Part shown: positions 1 to 12,461 of the stretch, one piece after another
Position numbering within the stretch: position 1 is the stretch's first letter
Layout of the letters: every line of letters starts with the position of its first letter
Source: the human T2T-CHM13v2.0 reference genome, Homo sapiens
NCBI RefSeq assembly: GCF_009914755.1
Contig: NC_060927.1
DNA length: 64,000 bases
Direction: 5' to 3' (one strand)
The notes under the pieces: generated by a model
Databases searched by the model: none
What the model saw: the letters and a program-made list of their open reading frames with translations, nothing else
Told to the model about the DNA's origin: nothing
Position numbers and translations under genes: made by a program

Positions 1-3000
1 TTCATCAGTGATACTGGCCTAAAGTTTTCTTTTTATGTTGTATCTCTGCCAGGTTTTGGTATTAGAATGATGCTGGCCTCAAAAAATGAGTTAAGGAGGA
101 GTCTTTCCTTTTCATTATTTGGACTACTTTTAATTATTTTGAATAGTTTCAGAAGAAATGGTTTATAGTATTCTCTGATGGTTGTTTGTATTTCTGCGGA
201 GTCAATGGTGATTTCCCCTTTATCGTTTTTTATTGTTTCTATATGATTCCTCTCTCTTTTTTCTTCTTTATTAGTCTAGCTAGCAGTCTATCTATTTTAT
301 TAATTTTCTCAAAAACCCAGGTCCTGGATTCATTGATTTTTTGAAGAGTTTTTCGTGTCTCTATCTCCTTCAATTCCACTCTGATCTTGGTTATTTCTTG
401 TCTTCTGCTAGCTTTGGGGTTTATTTTGGGGTTTGTTTTCTCTTAGTTTTAGTTGTGATGTTATGGTGTCGATTTGAGATATTTCTAGCTTTTTGATGTG
501 GGAATTTAGTGCTATAAAGTTCCCTGTTAACACTGATTTAGCTGTGTCCCAGAGATTCTAGCATGTTGTCTCTTTTTTCTTATTGGTTTCAAAGAACTTC
601 TTTATTTCTGCCTTAATTTTTTATTTACCCAGGAGTCATTCAGGAACAGGTTGTTAAATTTCCATGTAGTTGTGTGCTTTGAGTGAATTTCTTAATCTTG
701 AGTTCTAATATAATTGTGCTGTGGTCTGAGATACTGTTATAATTTCAGCTCTCCCACATTTGCTAAATAGTGTTTTACTTCCAATTATGTGATAATTTTT
801 AGAGTAAGTGCCATGTGGTGCCAAGAAGAATGTATATGCTGTCTTTTTGGTTGCAGAGTTCTGTAGATATCTATCAGGTTCACTTGATCCAGAGCTGAGT
901 TCAAGTCCTGAAAAACCTTGTTAATTTTCTGTCTCAATGATCTCTCTAATATTGACAATGGGTTGTTAAAGTCTCCCACTATTATTGTGTGGGAGTTTAA
1001 GTCTCTCTGTGGGTCTCTAAGAACTTGTTTTATGAATCTGGGTGCTCCTATATTGGGTGTATATATATTTAGAATAGTTAGCTCTTCTTGTTGAGTTGAT
1101 TTCTTTACCATTATGTAATGCCTTTCTTTGTCTTTTTTCATCTTTATTGGCTTAAGTTTGTTTTTTCAGAAAGTAGGACTGCAACCCCTTCTTTTGTCTG
1201 CTTCCCGTTTGCTTGGTAAATTTTCCTCCATCCCTTTACTTTGAGCCTATGTGTGTCTTTGCACATGAGATGGTTCTCTTGAATACAGCACACTGATGGG
1301 TCAAGACTCTTTACCCAGCTTGCTATCCTGTGTCTTTTATTTGGAGCATTTAGCCCATTTACATTTAAGGTTAATATTGTTATATGTGAATTTGATCCTG
1401 TCATCATGATGCTAGCTGGTTATTTTGCAGACTTGATATAGATGCTTCACAGTGTCATTGCTCTTTGTACTTCAGTGTGTTTTTGCAGGGGCTGGTAACA
1501 GTTTTTCCTTTCCATATTTAGTGCTTCCTTTAGGAGTTCTTGTAAGGCAGGGCTAGTGGTGATGAATTCCTCCAGCATTTCTTTGTCTGAAAAGGATTTC
1601 ATTTCTCCTTCACTTATGAAGCTTAGTTTAGCTGGATATGAAATTCTGGGTTGAAAAATGTTATCTTTAAGAATATTGAATATTGGCCCCAATCTCTTCT
1701 GGCTTGTAGGGTTTCTGCTGAGAGGTACGCTGTTAGTCTGATGGGCTTCTCTTTGTAGGTGACCTGGCCTTTCTCTCTGGCTGCCCTTAACACTTTTTTC
1801 TTCATTTCAACCTTGGAGAGTCTGAAGATTATGTGTATGGGGTTGATCTTCTCATGGAGTATCTTACTGGGGTTCTCTGGATTTCCTGAATTTGAATGTT
1901 GGGCTGTCTTGCTAGGTTGGGGAAGTTCTCTTGGATGGTATCCTGAAGTATGTTTCCCAACTTGGTTCCATCCACCCCGTCTCTTTCAGATATCCCAGTC
2001 AGTCTTAGATTTGGTCTCTTTACACAGTCCCATAGTTCTCAAAGGTTTTGTTCATTCCTTTTTATTCCTTTTTCTCTAATCTTGTCTGCCTGTCTCATTT
2101 CAGCAAGATAGTCTTCAAGCTCTGAAATTCTTTTCTCTGCTTGGTCTATTTGGTTATTGATACTTGTGGTTGCATTGTGTAGTTCTCGTGTTGTGTTTTT
2201 CAGCTCCATCAGGTCATTTATGTTCCTCTCTAAACTGGTTATTCTGGTTAACAGCTCCTGTGATGTTTTATCATAGTTCTTGGCTTCTTTGTACTGGGTT
2301 AGAACATGTTCCTTTAGCTCAATGAAATTCATTATTACCCAACTTCTGAAGCCTACTTCTATGAATGCAACTGTCTTAGCCTCTGCCCAGTACTGTGCCC
2401 TTGTTAAAGAGGTGTTGCAATCATTTGGAGGAGAAGAGGCACTCTGGCTTTTTGAGTTTTCAGCATTTTTTCATTGATTCTTTTCCATTTTTGTGAGTTT
2501 ATTGAGCTTCAGTCTTTGATGCTGCTGACCTTTGGATGGGGTTTTTTAAGAGACTTTTTTTGATGCTGCTGTTGTTGCTTTCTGTTTGTTTTTCTTCCAA
2601 CAGTCAGGCCTCTCTTCCATAGGGCTGCTGCTCTTTGCTGGGGGTCCACTCTAGACCCGAGTCACCTGGGTCCCTCCCACACCTGGAGGTGTCACCAGTG
2701 GAGGCTGAAGAACAGCAAAAATGAATACATGCTCCTTCCTCTTGGATCTCTTTCCCAGAGGGGCACAGACCTGATGCCAGTGGAAACTCTTCTGCATAAG
2801 GTGGCTGGTGACCAGTGTTGGGGGGTGTCTCACCCAGTCAAGAGGCAAGAGATCTGGGGCCCTCTTAACAAAGCACTCTGGCCGCTCCTTTGTGGAAGCG
2901 GTATGCTGTGCTGGGGGATATCCCAGTAGTCCAGACTGCCTGGATTCCTCAGAGTCCACAAGGGGAAAGACTAATTCTGCTGATCCTAGAAGACTGCAGC

Positions 3001-3283
3001 TGCGCCTCCCCCAAGGGGCTCAGTCCCAGAGAGATCAGAGTTCTGTCCCTAAACCCCTGGCTGCAGTTGCTGAAATTCCTGCAGGGAGGCCCTGTCCAGT
3101 GAGGGGGGATGGGTCAGGGTCCAGCCTAAAGAGACAGTCTGGCCATGACCTGTCACAGTCTCTGTGCTGTGCTGTGCTGTGCTGTGGGGAATTCCTCTTG
3201 GGTCTAAACTGTACAGTCTCCCTGGCACTGGCAGGAGAAAAACAGCAAACTGGAGCTGCAGTGATGGTTGCTGCCCCTCCACC
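1..3283 (-). mobile_element. LINE-1, older L1PA class (about L1PA11-16): partial 5'UTR, disrupted ORF1, and ORF2 endonuclease region; continues off the left edge
   Basis: Minus-strand ORF fragments are L1 ORF1p (KKVLRAAREKGQVTYKEKPIRL; FQPRISYPAKLSF) and the ORF2p N-terminus (MTGSNSHITILTLNVNGLNAP; IIVGDFNNPLS). ORF1 ATG is near 2488 and ORF2 ATG at 1407. The GC-richer 5'UTR (2490-3283) stops abruptly. An internal deletion of about 200 bp lies near 161 relative to the copy at 15050-15250. Confidence 0.95.
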
Positions 3284-4044
3284 TAGAGTTTGCAAATTTC
3301 TTATATACCTAAAAGATCAAGTCTAGCTACCTTATCACTCTTATTTTAAATAATTATCAGGTGCTTACAATATGTCAAGCACTTTCCAGCTGCCAAATGC
3401 TTGGAAGGGCTGCTCTAAGCTCCTTGAGGGCAGGAAGCCTCATATCCATGTATATTTCTTAGTGAGAAATTGCACATCTTCTCTTAAAATAAAAGTATAC
3501 CCTTTCGTACATTCTGTATACTAGGGCATATGAAGTAATTTTATTTGTGTTTAGTATGTGGTTTAACAAAAATCTCTAACATCATTTTTTTTTTTGTTTA
3601 TACTTTGATCTCAGATCATTACCACTTGAGTGGCAAATTGATAAGTTTTCTGGATTCCTCTGAGATGACAAAAGGGCATCCAGGCAGTCTGATAGGAGTT
3701 TATAGCACGCCTTAGTTTAATAAGCTATTAAATTACACTGCTCTCAGTCAAAGCAGTGTACCACAAAACCTGAACAAACATGAGCAATGCTCAGGAGCCT
3801 TAACCTGTTTGGGGGAGTGCCCCCCCCAAAAAAAAATACTGGAATATTTGATACACCTTCACCAGGTTGTCAACAGCACTTCCAATAACTCTGACCTGAC
3901 CCATAAAGCACATTGAACTACAAATTGCCTTTGGTCCCTTCAAAAATCCAGAAGACACAAAGTGATATCTTCAAAACATTATCACCTAAATTTTAAAATG
4001 TGATTGCCACCTCCAGCATAAATTGCTTATACAATATTCGATCT

Positions 4045-4270
4045 ATTCAATAAACACTCAGAGAGCACCTAAAATATACTAGGCTCTGTTTTAAGTGCTT
4101 TAAAATATTAACTTATTTAATCCTTACAAAAATCCTTTAAGTATTGTTACATACTCATTTTATATATGAGGAAACTGAGGCATGAGGAGACCAAGTAGTT
4201 GCCCAGGCTTACATAGCCAAACAGTATCTGAACTGGAATTTGAACTCAAGAAGCCTCACTCTTCATTAAG
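4045..4270 (-). mobile_element. MIR SINE
   Basis: Reverse complement of the MIR core (ttatttaatccttacaa...tgaggaaactgaggcat...ttgcccaggcttacatagc...ggaatttgaactc). Confidence 0.85.
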
Positions 4271-4429
4271 ATTCTCTAAGATGAATCACTTGGTGGCTTT
4301 TCCGATCTTTTTATTTTTTCTTCTGACTCCAGTTGTTGAAGTTTGGGGAGGGGGTAGTATCTAGAGGGAAAACTAGAAGGGGAATAAGAGGAAGGGATTT
4401 TACAGTAATTTTTCCTGAGTATAAAATTC

Positions 4430-4930
4430 ATATTTATTCATGGCAGAAATGGCAAATTATAGAAACAATATAGAAAATAAAAAACCACTGTTTTAGATAA
4501 TTATCATTAATATTTTGTTGTGAAATCATTCAGGTTTTTTTCTGCATATGTGCAAACAAATGTGGGTTTCAGAGACTTGGTATCTTTTTGATTTTGTCCA
4601 TTTTATATCAGGGACATTAACATCATTATTAAATATTCTTTTGAACATTATTTCCAGTGGCTACATAGCTTGAATTCACAAGGATATGTCATAATGTATT
4701 TTCTTGTTGAGTATTTATATTATTTCCATATTTTGTCTTTTTAAGTTATAAATACCACCACAATAAATGTTTGAGCCCATCTCTGCTTATTTCTTCAAAA
4801 TATGTCTCCAGGAATGAAATTACTGGGTCAAAGGATATACAAGCTTTTAAGGCTTATGATAAACTCCTTAATAAATTGCCTTCCAGAAAGGCTGTAGCAA
4901 TTTGGAAGAAAAGGATAATTATTTTCTCAA
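4430..4930 (-). mobile_element. Ancient L1ME-type 3' fragment
   Basis: Degenerate L1M 3' motifs (gaaattactgggtcaaaggata...attgccttccagaaaggctgtagcaattt). Confidence 0.6.
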
Positions 4931-6599
4931 GCCTCAAGCTTTTTCTTTAGATGGGGTCACATTCCATCTAAGAGACATCCCAAGACAGATACCCATGGGA
5001 AATATACTTCCACGCAATTCTCTTTTGCATATCTTCTCTCTAGAGTGAATCAAATTATCTTTTATTCTATGGTGACAAACTGTAAACAGTGCAAAATAGA
5101 ACAAAGTGGGAGGTGGAGAGACAGCACCTGTACAGGCTGGGTTCTGCATAGTTAGGGCTTATGGTTTAGAAAAGCGATAACTTAATTGTCATTAGCCATC
5201 TCCACTTTCCAAAGTAATTTACATTCATTCATTTGGGATTTTCTACATCGATTTCTATAGGATCCAGGAAGGTTAACTAGACCTACAGTGCTGTAGGGGT
5301 AGGAAAGAAAACTGATGTGGGGAACTTTTTGCACTTGTCAGGACTGATTCTTCTGACGGGCAGCCCTGCTTAGCAACAGCTGGTCGTGGTCATCTGAGAC
5401 AGCAACTCCGGAATTACAATTTTCCAATTCTTAAAGAGAAGTAAGAAATTTGGTATTTTGTGCAGTCTTCCGGTTTTTAAATATTGGCAATGAATTCAAT
5501 TCAAAAAATGTTGCCCTAAATATAGGACATATTGTTATTAATTTACCTCTTTAGAAATCATTCCATCTTACTGTACTCCCTTAGTCTTATACCAGAATCT
5601 TCGAAGTAGTCAAAGGAGTAGCTATAGAAGAGCAGCTTTGTACTAGCACTCTACCTAGGAAGAAACTGGTACAGGTACTTGGAGGCTCTGCCACCTGTCT
5701 TCCTCCCAGGTATTGATTATTTAGATGAAATGGCCTAAAAAGGGTAGCAGGCTCAACTGAGTGACAGGAGAAACTAACTTTAAAGAACCCCATTACCACC
5801 CATAGGTTTATGAATGACTGCCACTTTTAACCTATCTAGGTATAGCTGAAACTTCCTAGGACAAAGACCCATATTATCTGTGACATGCTGCTGCCACCTA
5901 GTCCATGACAGCCATGGCGAAGAGCCTGTACCATGATCTATTTTAATATCTCTTGACCTATTTTTATATTCCAGCACTAAAAAGTTAAACTGCTAACTTA
6001 CCAAGCCTGAGCATGCCATTTTCCAATAAAATACATTTTTACAAGAAGCTTTCTATCCCAGTTCCGTTTTATGGGATAGTTTCCATTGTACAGAGGTACT
6101 GACTGATCTTCAGAAAGTTGAGAAATGGAAAGAGTCTTTAATGCGTTGTAGCCCAGAGGTGATCCTTAACTACTGACAGCTTGGAAATCATTTGCACTCC
6201 CAGTGTGTGCAGTCTCCGATCTTAACTCCCCCTTTTGTGGGAATGGCATTATGTGGGTTATAAAAACAAACACAACACTTAACAAAGCTACTAACATTAG
6301 TGCTCAGGAAAAAGTGAACACATTGATTTCAATTCTTGGCCATAAGAATTCTTTCCTTAGCACTCTTCCAGATCATTATTCACTCCACTCACTTCTCCAT
6401 TACAAGAATACCCTTCAGATATTGAGCTGTCTAGCTTCCAGAAAATGTAGGGCAGTAGACTTTTTACTGTGACAATTACTACCCTGTTTTATTCACATTT
6501 CTTTGGGCTTGTCTAAAAGTCTCACAATACTGATTGAGGGAAGAGAGTAAAATTGATGTGATGTAACACAAAACTAGTTCATCAAAATGGAAAGCTACT

Positions 6600-7020
6600 A
6601 TTTCAGTCCATTTTCTGCTGCTATAACAGAATACCACAGATGGGATACATTATTTAAAAAATAAATTTATTTGGCTCATGGTTTTGGATCCTAGGAAGTT
6701 CAAGGGCATGGCTGTGGCATCTGCTGGGCACCTGGTAAGGGCCTTCCTGCTGCATCATCCCACAGTGGAAGACAGAAGAGCAAGAGGGCACATATGCCAG
6801 AGAAAGCAGACAGAGAGAGAAGGAGAGAGAGAGCATGAGAGAGAATGAGAGAGATATCAAACTTGCACTCAGGCCCTTTTATAATTAACAGTAATCCATT
6901 CATGAAGCTGGAGCCCTCATTATCTAAACACCTCCCATTAGACCCCACTTCACAACACTGTTGCTGTGAGAATTAAGTTTTTAACACATGCTTTTTGGGG
7001 TACATATTCAAGCCATAGCA
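6600..7020 (-). mobile_element. MaLR solo LTR, MST family (MSTC/MSTD-like)
   Basis: Ends ...cagtccattttctgctgctataacagaataccacaga and ...catattcaagccatagca match the reverse complement of an MST LTR; length about 420 bp. Confidence 0.85.
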
Positions 7021-7891
7021 ACTGCTGAATGCAAATTATCTGGTATTGGTTTCTTTAAACAAAAGGATTTAATTACTTGAAAAAGATAAGCTTTATCTAT
7101 TTTTAAATTTTTGCTAATAAAACTCAAAGAAATGAAGAACAATTCAAGCCTTTCTTGTGGTTTTAACCATACTTTGTTTTGCAGAAGTTCAAAATGATTG
7201 ATATTATCTGTCCCAGTCCTATTCAGTGTTAGGAGAAAAGTTGTAAGTGATGGCAACAGATAAGAAGCTTAAGAAGGACACCTCCAGCAAAATTCTCAAA
7301 TAAAGGGGTCATAAGACTCATCTTGAAATGGAAAAACAACCATATGGGCCCCAAGTGAATATCCAAAACAAAGAAATGTTTAAGAAATGTTTTACACATT
7401 TCTGGCAGCATCTTCAATTGCCTGTAAAATATCTAATTATTAAACCACTGTTTCCATTGTAACCATAAAGGACAGGAGAGACAATAGAACTATTATGTAC
7501 CCTTTGTTTCCTCTTCCACTAGCAGAAACACTGATGAAAAATTATCATCAACAAAATAGGCAGCTGTCAGAGTGGAGAGTAAATCAAATTGCCATATGGT
7601 TCCGACCCACCATGTGGCCCTCGATTGAGGAAAATGTATCCTGGCCCACACAAAAAGAGGTTGCTCAGTGGGTGTACAGTGCTCTTCAGCTCCCATTTAG
7701 AAATGACCCATTTCATTTGCTTGCATCTCACTCCTCAAACTGCCTTCCCACTTTCATTTCATTCCTAAGAAACGAGCTATTACTTCACCTTAGCCCAAGG
7801 CACCATCATCTCTTGCCTCTTCTAGAGCAACTGTGTTGTCTTCTTCATTCTCATCTCTGCAGACCATACACAGAGAAACCAGGAAGATTTC

Positions 7892-8540
7892 TTAGATTTT
7901 TAAATTGAGATGAAATTCACATAACATCAAATAAACGATTTGAAGTATACAGTCAAATGGTATTTAGGACATTTATATCTTGCACACCATCAATTCTAAA
8001 ACATTTTCTTCACCCCAGAAGGAAACCTGGTACCCCATAGCAGTAATTCCCCATTTCTTCTTCCCTGACCCCTGGCAACCGCTAGTCTGCTTTCTGTCCA
8101 TATGGATTTACCTACTCTAGATATTCCATATAAATGAAATGATAAAATGTTACCTTTTGTATCTGGTTGTTTTCACTCAGCATATTTTCAAAGTTCATCT
8201 ATGTTGCAGCATGAATCTGTACTTCATGATTTTTTATGGTTGAATGATATTCCATTGTATGTATATACCACATTTTGTTTATCCCTTCATCAGTTGATGG
8301 AAATTTGGGTTCTTTCTGCCTGTTGACAATTATGAATAGAGCTATAAATATGTTTTTATATATCTGTTTTGAATTCTTTTGAGTTATACCTGAGAGTGGA
8401 ATTGCTGGGTCATAGGGTTTAGCTTTTGAGGAAATGCCAGTTTTCCACAGCAGCTAAATGTTTTTTTCACTAGCACTGTACAAAGATACCAATTTCTCCA
8501 CATCCTCACTGATCCTTTTTTATTATTATTACGGCCAAAA
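7892..8540 (-). mobile_element. L1MB-type 3' end
   Basis: ttaaattgagatgaaattcacataac...ccctggcaaccgctagtctgctttctgtc...gtggaattgctgggtcata, typical of an L1MB 3'UTR in antisense. Confidence 0.85.
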
Positions 8541-9274
8541 AAATCTTTTTATAGCTGTAGCTCAGATGATGTAACTCCCCTCCAGGGGTTTCACATCATT
8601 TAGAATAAAATTCAGAGTTCTTATCATGCCCACAGGCCCTGAGCGATCAGGGATATTCTTCCCTCACTCTTCTCATCTCTCATGACTTGTTTTCTTTCTC
8701 ACTCCAAGCCAGCAACATTATCCTGCCTGTCAATCCTCAAAAGCACCAAGCCTGCTCCCATCTCAGGGTCTCTGCACTTGCTGTTGCCTCTCTCTGGAAA
8801 GTCCTCAAAGATCTCTGCATTCTACTTCCTTATTAAAGCTTCAGCTCAAATAACATATCTCCTAAAATGTTTGGTCTGAACATACCATGTAGCACAAACC
8901 CACAGCATAAGCCTGGGTTCCCTAAAAAATAAAATGAGAATCAAGAGCTACATGCTAAAAAGTATCGGGAAGGGAAGTAAAATCCTAGAAAAGAGAATGA
9001 GCATAATAGGGATGTGGGATAATTAGTAAAAGAGAATATATGCCAGGGGTTGCGTTATTGAGTGGCCCACAATTTCTCAAGAAAAAAAAACAGCTAGTTA
9101 CTTGATCTCACAGAAGTCCCCAGAAGAGCTACATGAAATTATGTGGTCTCCTAACAGTTTGTCAGTGTAGGGCTCAGTAGAGAAAGAGTGAGCAATTTAT
9201 CTCCTAGCTTCTTCCAATACCCAACTTGTCATTATTGAAGTCTATCCCCAAAGTTTTTTGGGGTTTTTTGGCGT

Positions 9275-10000
9275 TTTTTAAATTGTGGTAAAACACACAT
9301 GGAATAAAATTTAACCACTTTAAGTGTGCAGTTTATTTGGGTTAAACACATTCACATTGTTATGTAATCAATCTCCAGAAGTTTTTTGTCTTGCAAAACT
9401 AAAACTCTATACACATTAAGGAACAATTCCCCACTTCCCCCTCTCCCCAGCCACTGGAAACCACCATTCTACTTTCCGTCTCTATGCATTTGACTACTCT
9501 AGAAACCTCATGTAAATTTAATCACACAGTATTTTTCTTTCTATGACTGGCTTATTTCACTTAGTATAATGTCCTCTGGGTTCATCTAAGGCATCACATG
9601 TAGTGAGATTTCCTTCCTTTTAAGGCTGAGAAATTTTCCACTATAGGTAGTGGAATTTTCCACATTTTGAGAAATTTTCCACATTTTGTCTGTTCATAGG
9701 TGGACATTTGGGTTCCTTCTACCTCTTGGCTATTGTGAATAATGCTGCTGCAAACACAGGTGTGCAAATATCTCTTTGAGACCCATTCTCAATTATTTTT
9801 TATATATACCAGAAACAGAATTGCTAGATCATATGATAATTCTATTTTTAATTTTTTGAGAAATCACCATAATGTTTTCCATAGAAGATGCACAATTTTA
9901 CATTCCTACCAACAGTGCATAAGTGTTCCAATTTCTACACATCCTTGCCAAGAGTTATTTTGTGGGGTTTTTTCAATAGTAGTTATTCTAATGGGTGTGA
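9275..10000 (-). mobile_element. L1MB/L1MA-type 3' end
   Basis: ttttaaattgtggtaaaacacacat...ccaccattctactttc...aataatgctgctgcaaacac. The minus-strand ORF 9906-10109 contains ORF2 C-terminal-like text (FTPIRITTIEK...WQGCVEIGTLMHCW). Confidence 0.85.
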
Positions 10001-11391
10001 AATCCAACAACATTTTAACTCCCCCACACTTCCAGTTTGTGTAAAGCAGCTGTTTCAGGAAGCTTCTGAATAAGTCTAAGACTTCAAGCATACATTCCAG
10101 GTAAGGCATGGAGAGGGGGCCTCTCCTCTTACAGTGGCATCATGTATGGGGGTCTCCTTAGATGGTGATGGTGGCGATGGTAGATTTATAACCCTGGGGA
10201 TGATACAAGCAATCATTAGGTCCAGCTGAGTCAAAGAAGCAAGGTAAGTAATCAACACCAGAGTAAGTATGCAGGTAGGTAATGCTAGGCAGATCCAAGA
10301 TCGTGTTTCAACTGGGTCTAATATATCCATTTACTTTGCTTTATTGCTTCAGTGTATTTACCATTATCTAAAACTAGATGTTTGAACATATATGTTTATT
10401 TTCTTCTTGTTCATCTCTCCTAAAATATGTAAGTTTCATGAAGGCAGAGAATTTATCTTGTTATCCCTGTATTTTCAATGCCTAGAATAATTCCTGATAC
10501 CTACTAGGGAAATACAAAAATATTTATAGACTGAAAATTAATAATTTATCTAGCTTTATTTTGTCTTATATCCAAATTCCCCCAAATCTTTGTCCACGAG
10601 TTATGTCTAAGAGACTGGGTTGCAAGGCTTCCACTTCCAATTAATATTAGAGAAACATGAAAGACTATTAAAGGAAAACATATATGTATCTATCTATATC
10701 TATAGATAGATACAGAGAGATATAAATATATAGATATATATATTCTACAGAATAGAATATAGTTCTAACACAGTTCTATAGAACTATATATTCTAATACG
10801 TAATTGTTTATTTTAAAATTTATCATCTGTTTCTTCCTGTCAGAATGCAAGCCTATATTAAGGAATGTATATTGTTCATTGCTCCATCCCTAGTACAAGA
10901 GATATTCTCTATTGAGAATGCCAACATTTATTATTTTTTTATTTTTTTGATCATGGCCATTCTCGCAGGCATGAGGTGGTATTGCATTGTGGATTTGATT
11001 TTCATTTCCCTGATCATTAATGATTTTGAGCATTTTTTCATATGTTTGTTGCCCATTTCTGAATCCTCTTTTGAGAACTGTCTATTCATGTTCTTAGCCC
11101 ACTTTTTGATGGGATTGTTTGTTTTGTTTTTGATGATTGGTTTGAGTTCCTTGTAAATTCTGGATATTAGTCCTTTGGTGGAGGTATAGATTGTGAAGAT
11201 TTTCTCCCACTCTATGGGTTGTCTGTTTACTCTGCTGATTATTTCTTTTGCTGTGCAGAAGCTTTTTGGTTTAATTAAGTCCCATCTATTTATCTTTGTC
11301 TTTGTTGCATTTGCTTTTGGTTTCTTGGTCATGAATCTATGCCTAAGCCATTGTCTAGAAAAGTTTTTCCAATGTTATCTTCTAGAATTTT

Positions 11392-12461
11392 TTTTCCTTT
11401 TTTTAATTTTTATTTTAAGTTCAGGGGTACATGTGCAGGTTTGTTACAAACATAAACTCATGTCATTGGGTTTTGTTATACAGATTATTTCATCATCCAG
11501 GTATTTAAGCCCAGTCCCCATTAGTTATCTTTCCTGATCCTCTCCCTCCTCCCACCCTCTATCCTCCAATAGGCCTCAGTGTATGCTTTTTCCCTCTATG
11601 TGTTCTCATCATTTGACTTCCACTTATAAGTGAGAACATGCAGTGTTTGGTTTTCTGTTCCTGGATTAGCTTGCTAAGGATATGGCCTCCAGCTCCATCC
11701 ATGCCCCTGCAAAGTGCATGATCTCGTTCTTTTTTCTGGCTGCATAGTACTCCACAGTGTACATATACCACATTTTCTGTATCCAGTCTGCCATTGATGG
11801 GCATTTAGGTTAATTCCATGTCTTTGCTATTGTGAATAGTGCTGCAATGAACATACACATATGTCTTTATTTTTTTAATTTTTTAATTTTTTATTTTTTT
11901 ATTATACTTTAAGTTTCAGGGTACACGTGCACAATGTGCAGGTTAGTTACATACGTATACATGTGCCATGTTGGTGTGCTGCACCCATTAACTTGTCATT
12001 TAACATTAGGTATATCTCCTAATGCTATCCCTCCCCTCTCCCCCAACCCCACAACAGGCCCCGGTGTGTGATGTTCCCCTTCCTGTGGTTTATATTCCTT
12101 TGGGTATATTACCCAGTAATGGGATTGCTGGGTTGAATGGTATTTCTGTCTTTAGGTGTTTGTCTTCCACAATGGTCGAACTAATTTACACTCCCATCAA
12201 CAGTGTATAAGTGTTCCCTTTTCCCCACAACCTCACCAGCATCTGTCATTTTTGGACTTTTTACTAATAGCCATTCTGACTGGTGTGAGATGGGATCTCA
12301 TTGTGGTTTGATTTGCGTTTCTCTAATGATCAGTGACTTAAGAGTTTTTTTCACATGAATGTTGGCCACATGAATGTCTTCTTTGAAAAGTGTCTGTTCA
12401 TGTCCTTTGCCAAATTCTTAATGGGGTGATTTGTTTTTTTCTTGTAAATTTGTTTAAGTTC
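11392..12461 (-). mobile_element. Older L1PA (about L1PA13-like) 3' end with poly(A), interrupted at 11866-12087
   Basis: T-rich tail, then ttcaggggtacatgtgcaggtttgttac...cagattatttcatcatccagg. ORF 11559-11804 resembles the ORF2p C-terminus. The sequence resumes at 12088 (gtttatattcctttggg). Confidence 0.85.
11866..12087 (-). mobile_element. Short 5'-truncated young L1PA (about L1PA3-5) 3' end
   Basis: Poly(T), then attatactttaagtttcagggtacacgtgcacaatgtgcaggttagttacata...gatgttccccttcctgtg. No clear TSD. Confidence 0.88.

Larger units (their letters stand above)
7740..10530 (+). mobile_element. L2 3' region fragmented by later L1MB and LTR-like insertions (pieces about 7740-7890, 8560-8900, 10340-10530)
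   Basis: L2 motifs caccatcatctcttgcct; tctcagggtctctgcacttgctgttgcctctctctggaa; tgtaagtttcatgaaggcagag...atgcctagaata. Confidence 0.65.
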
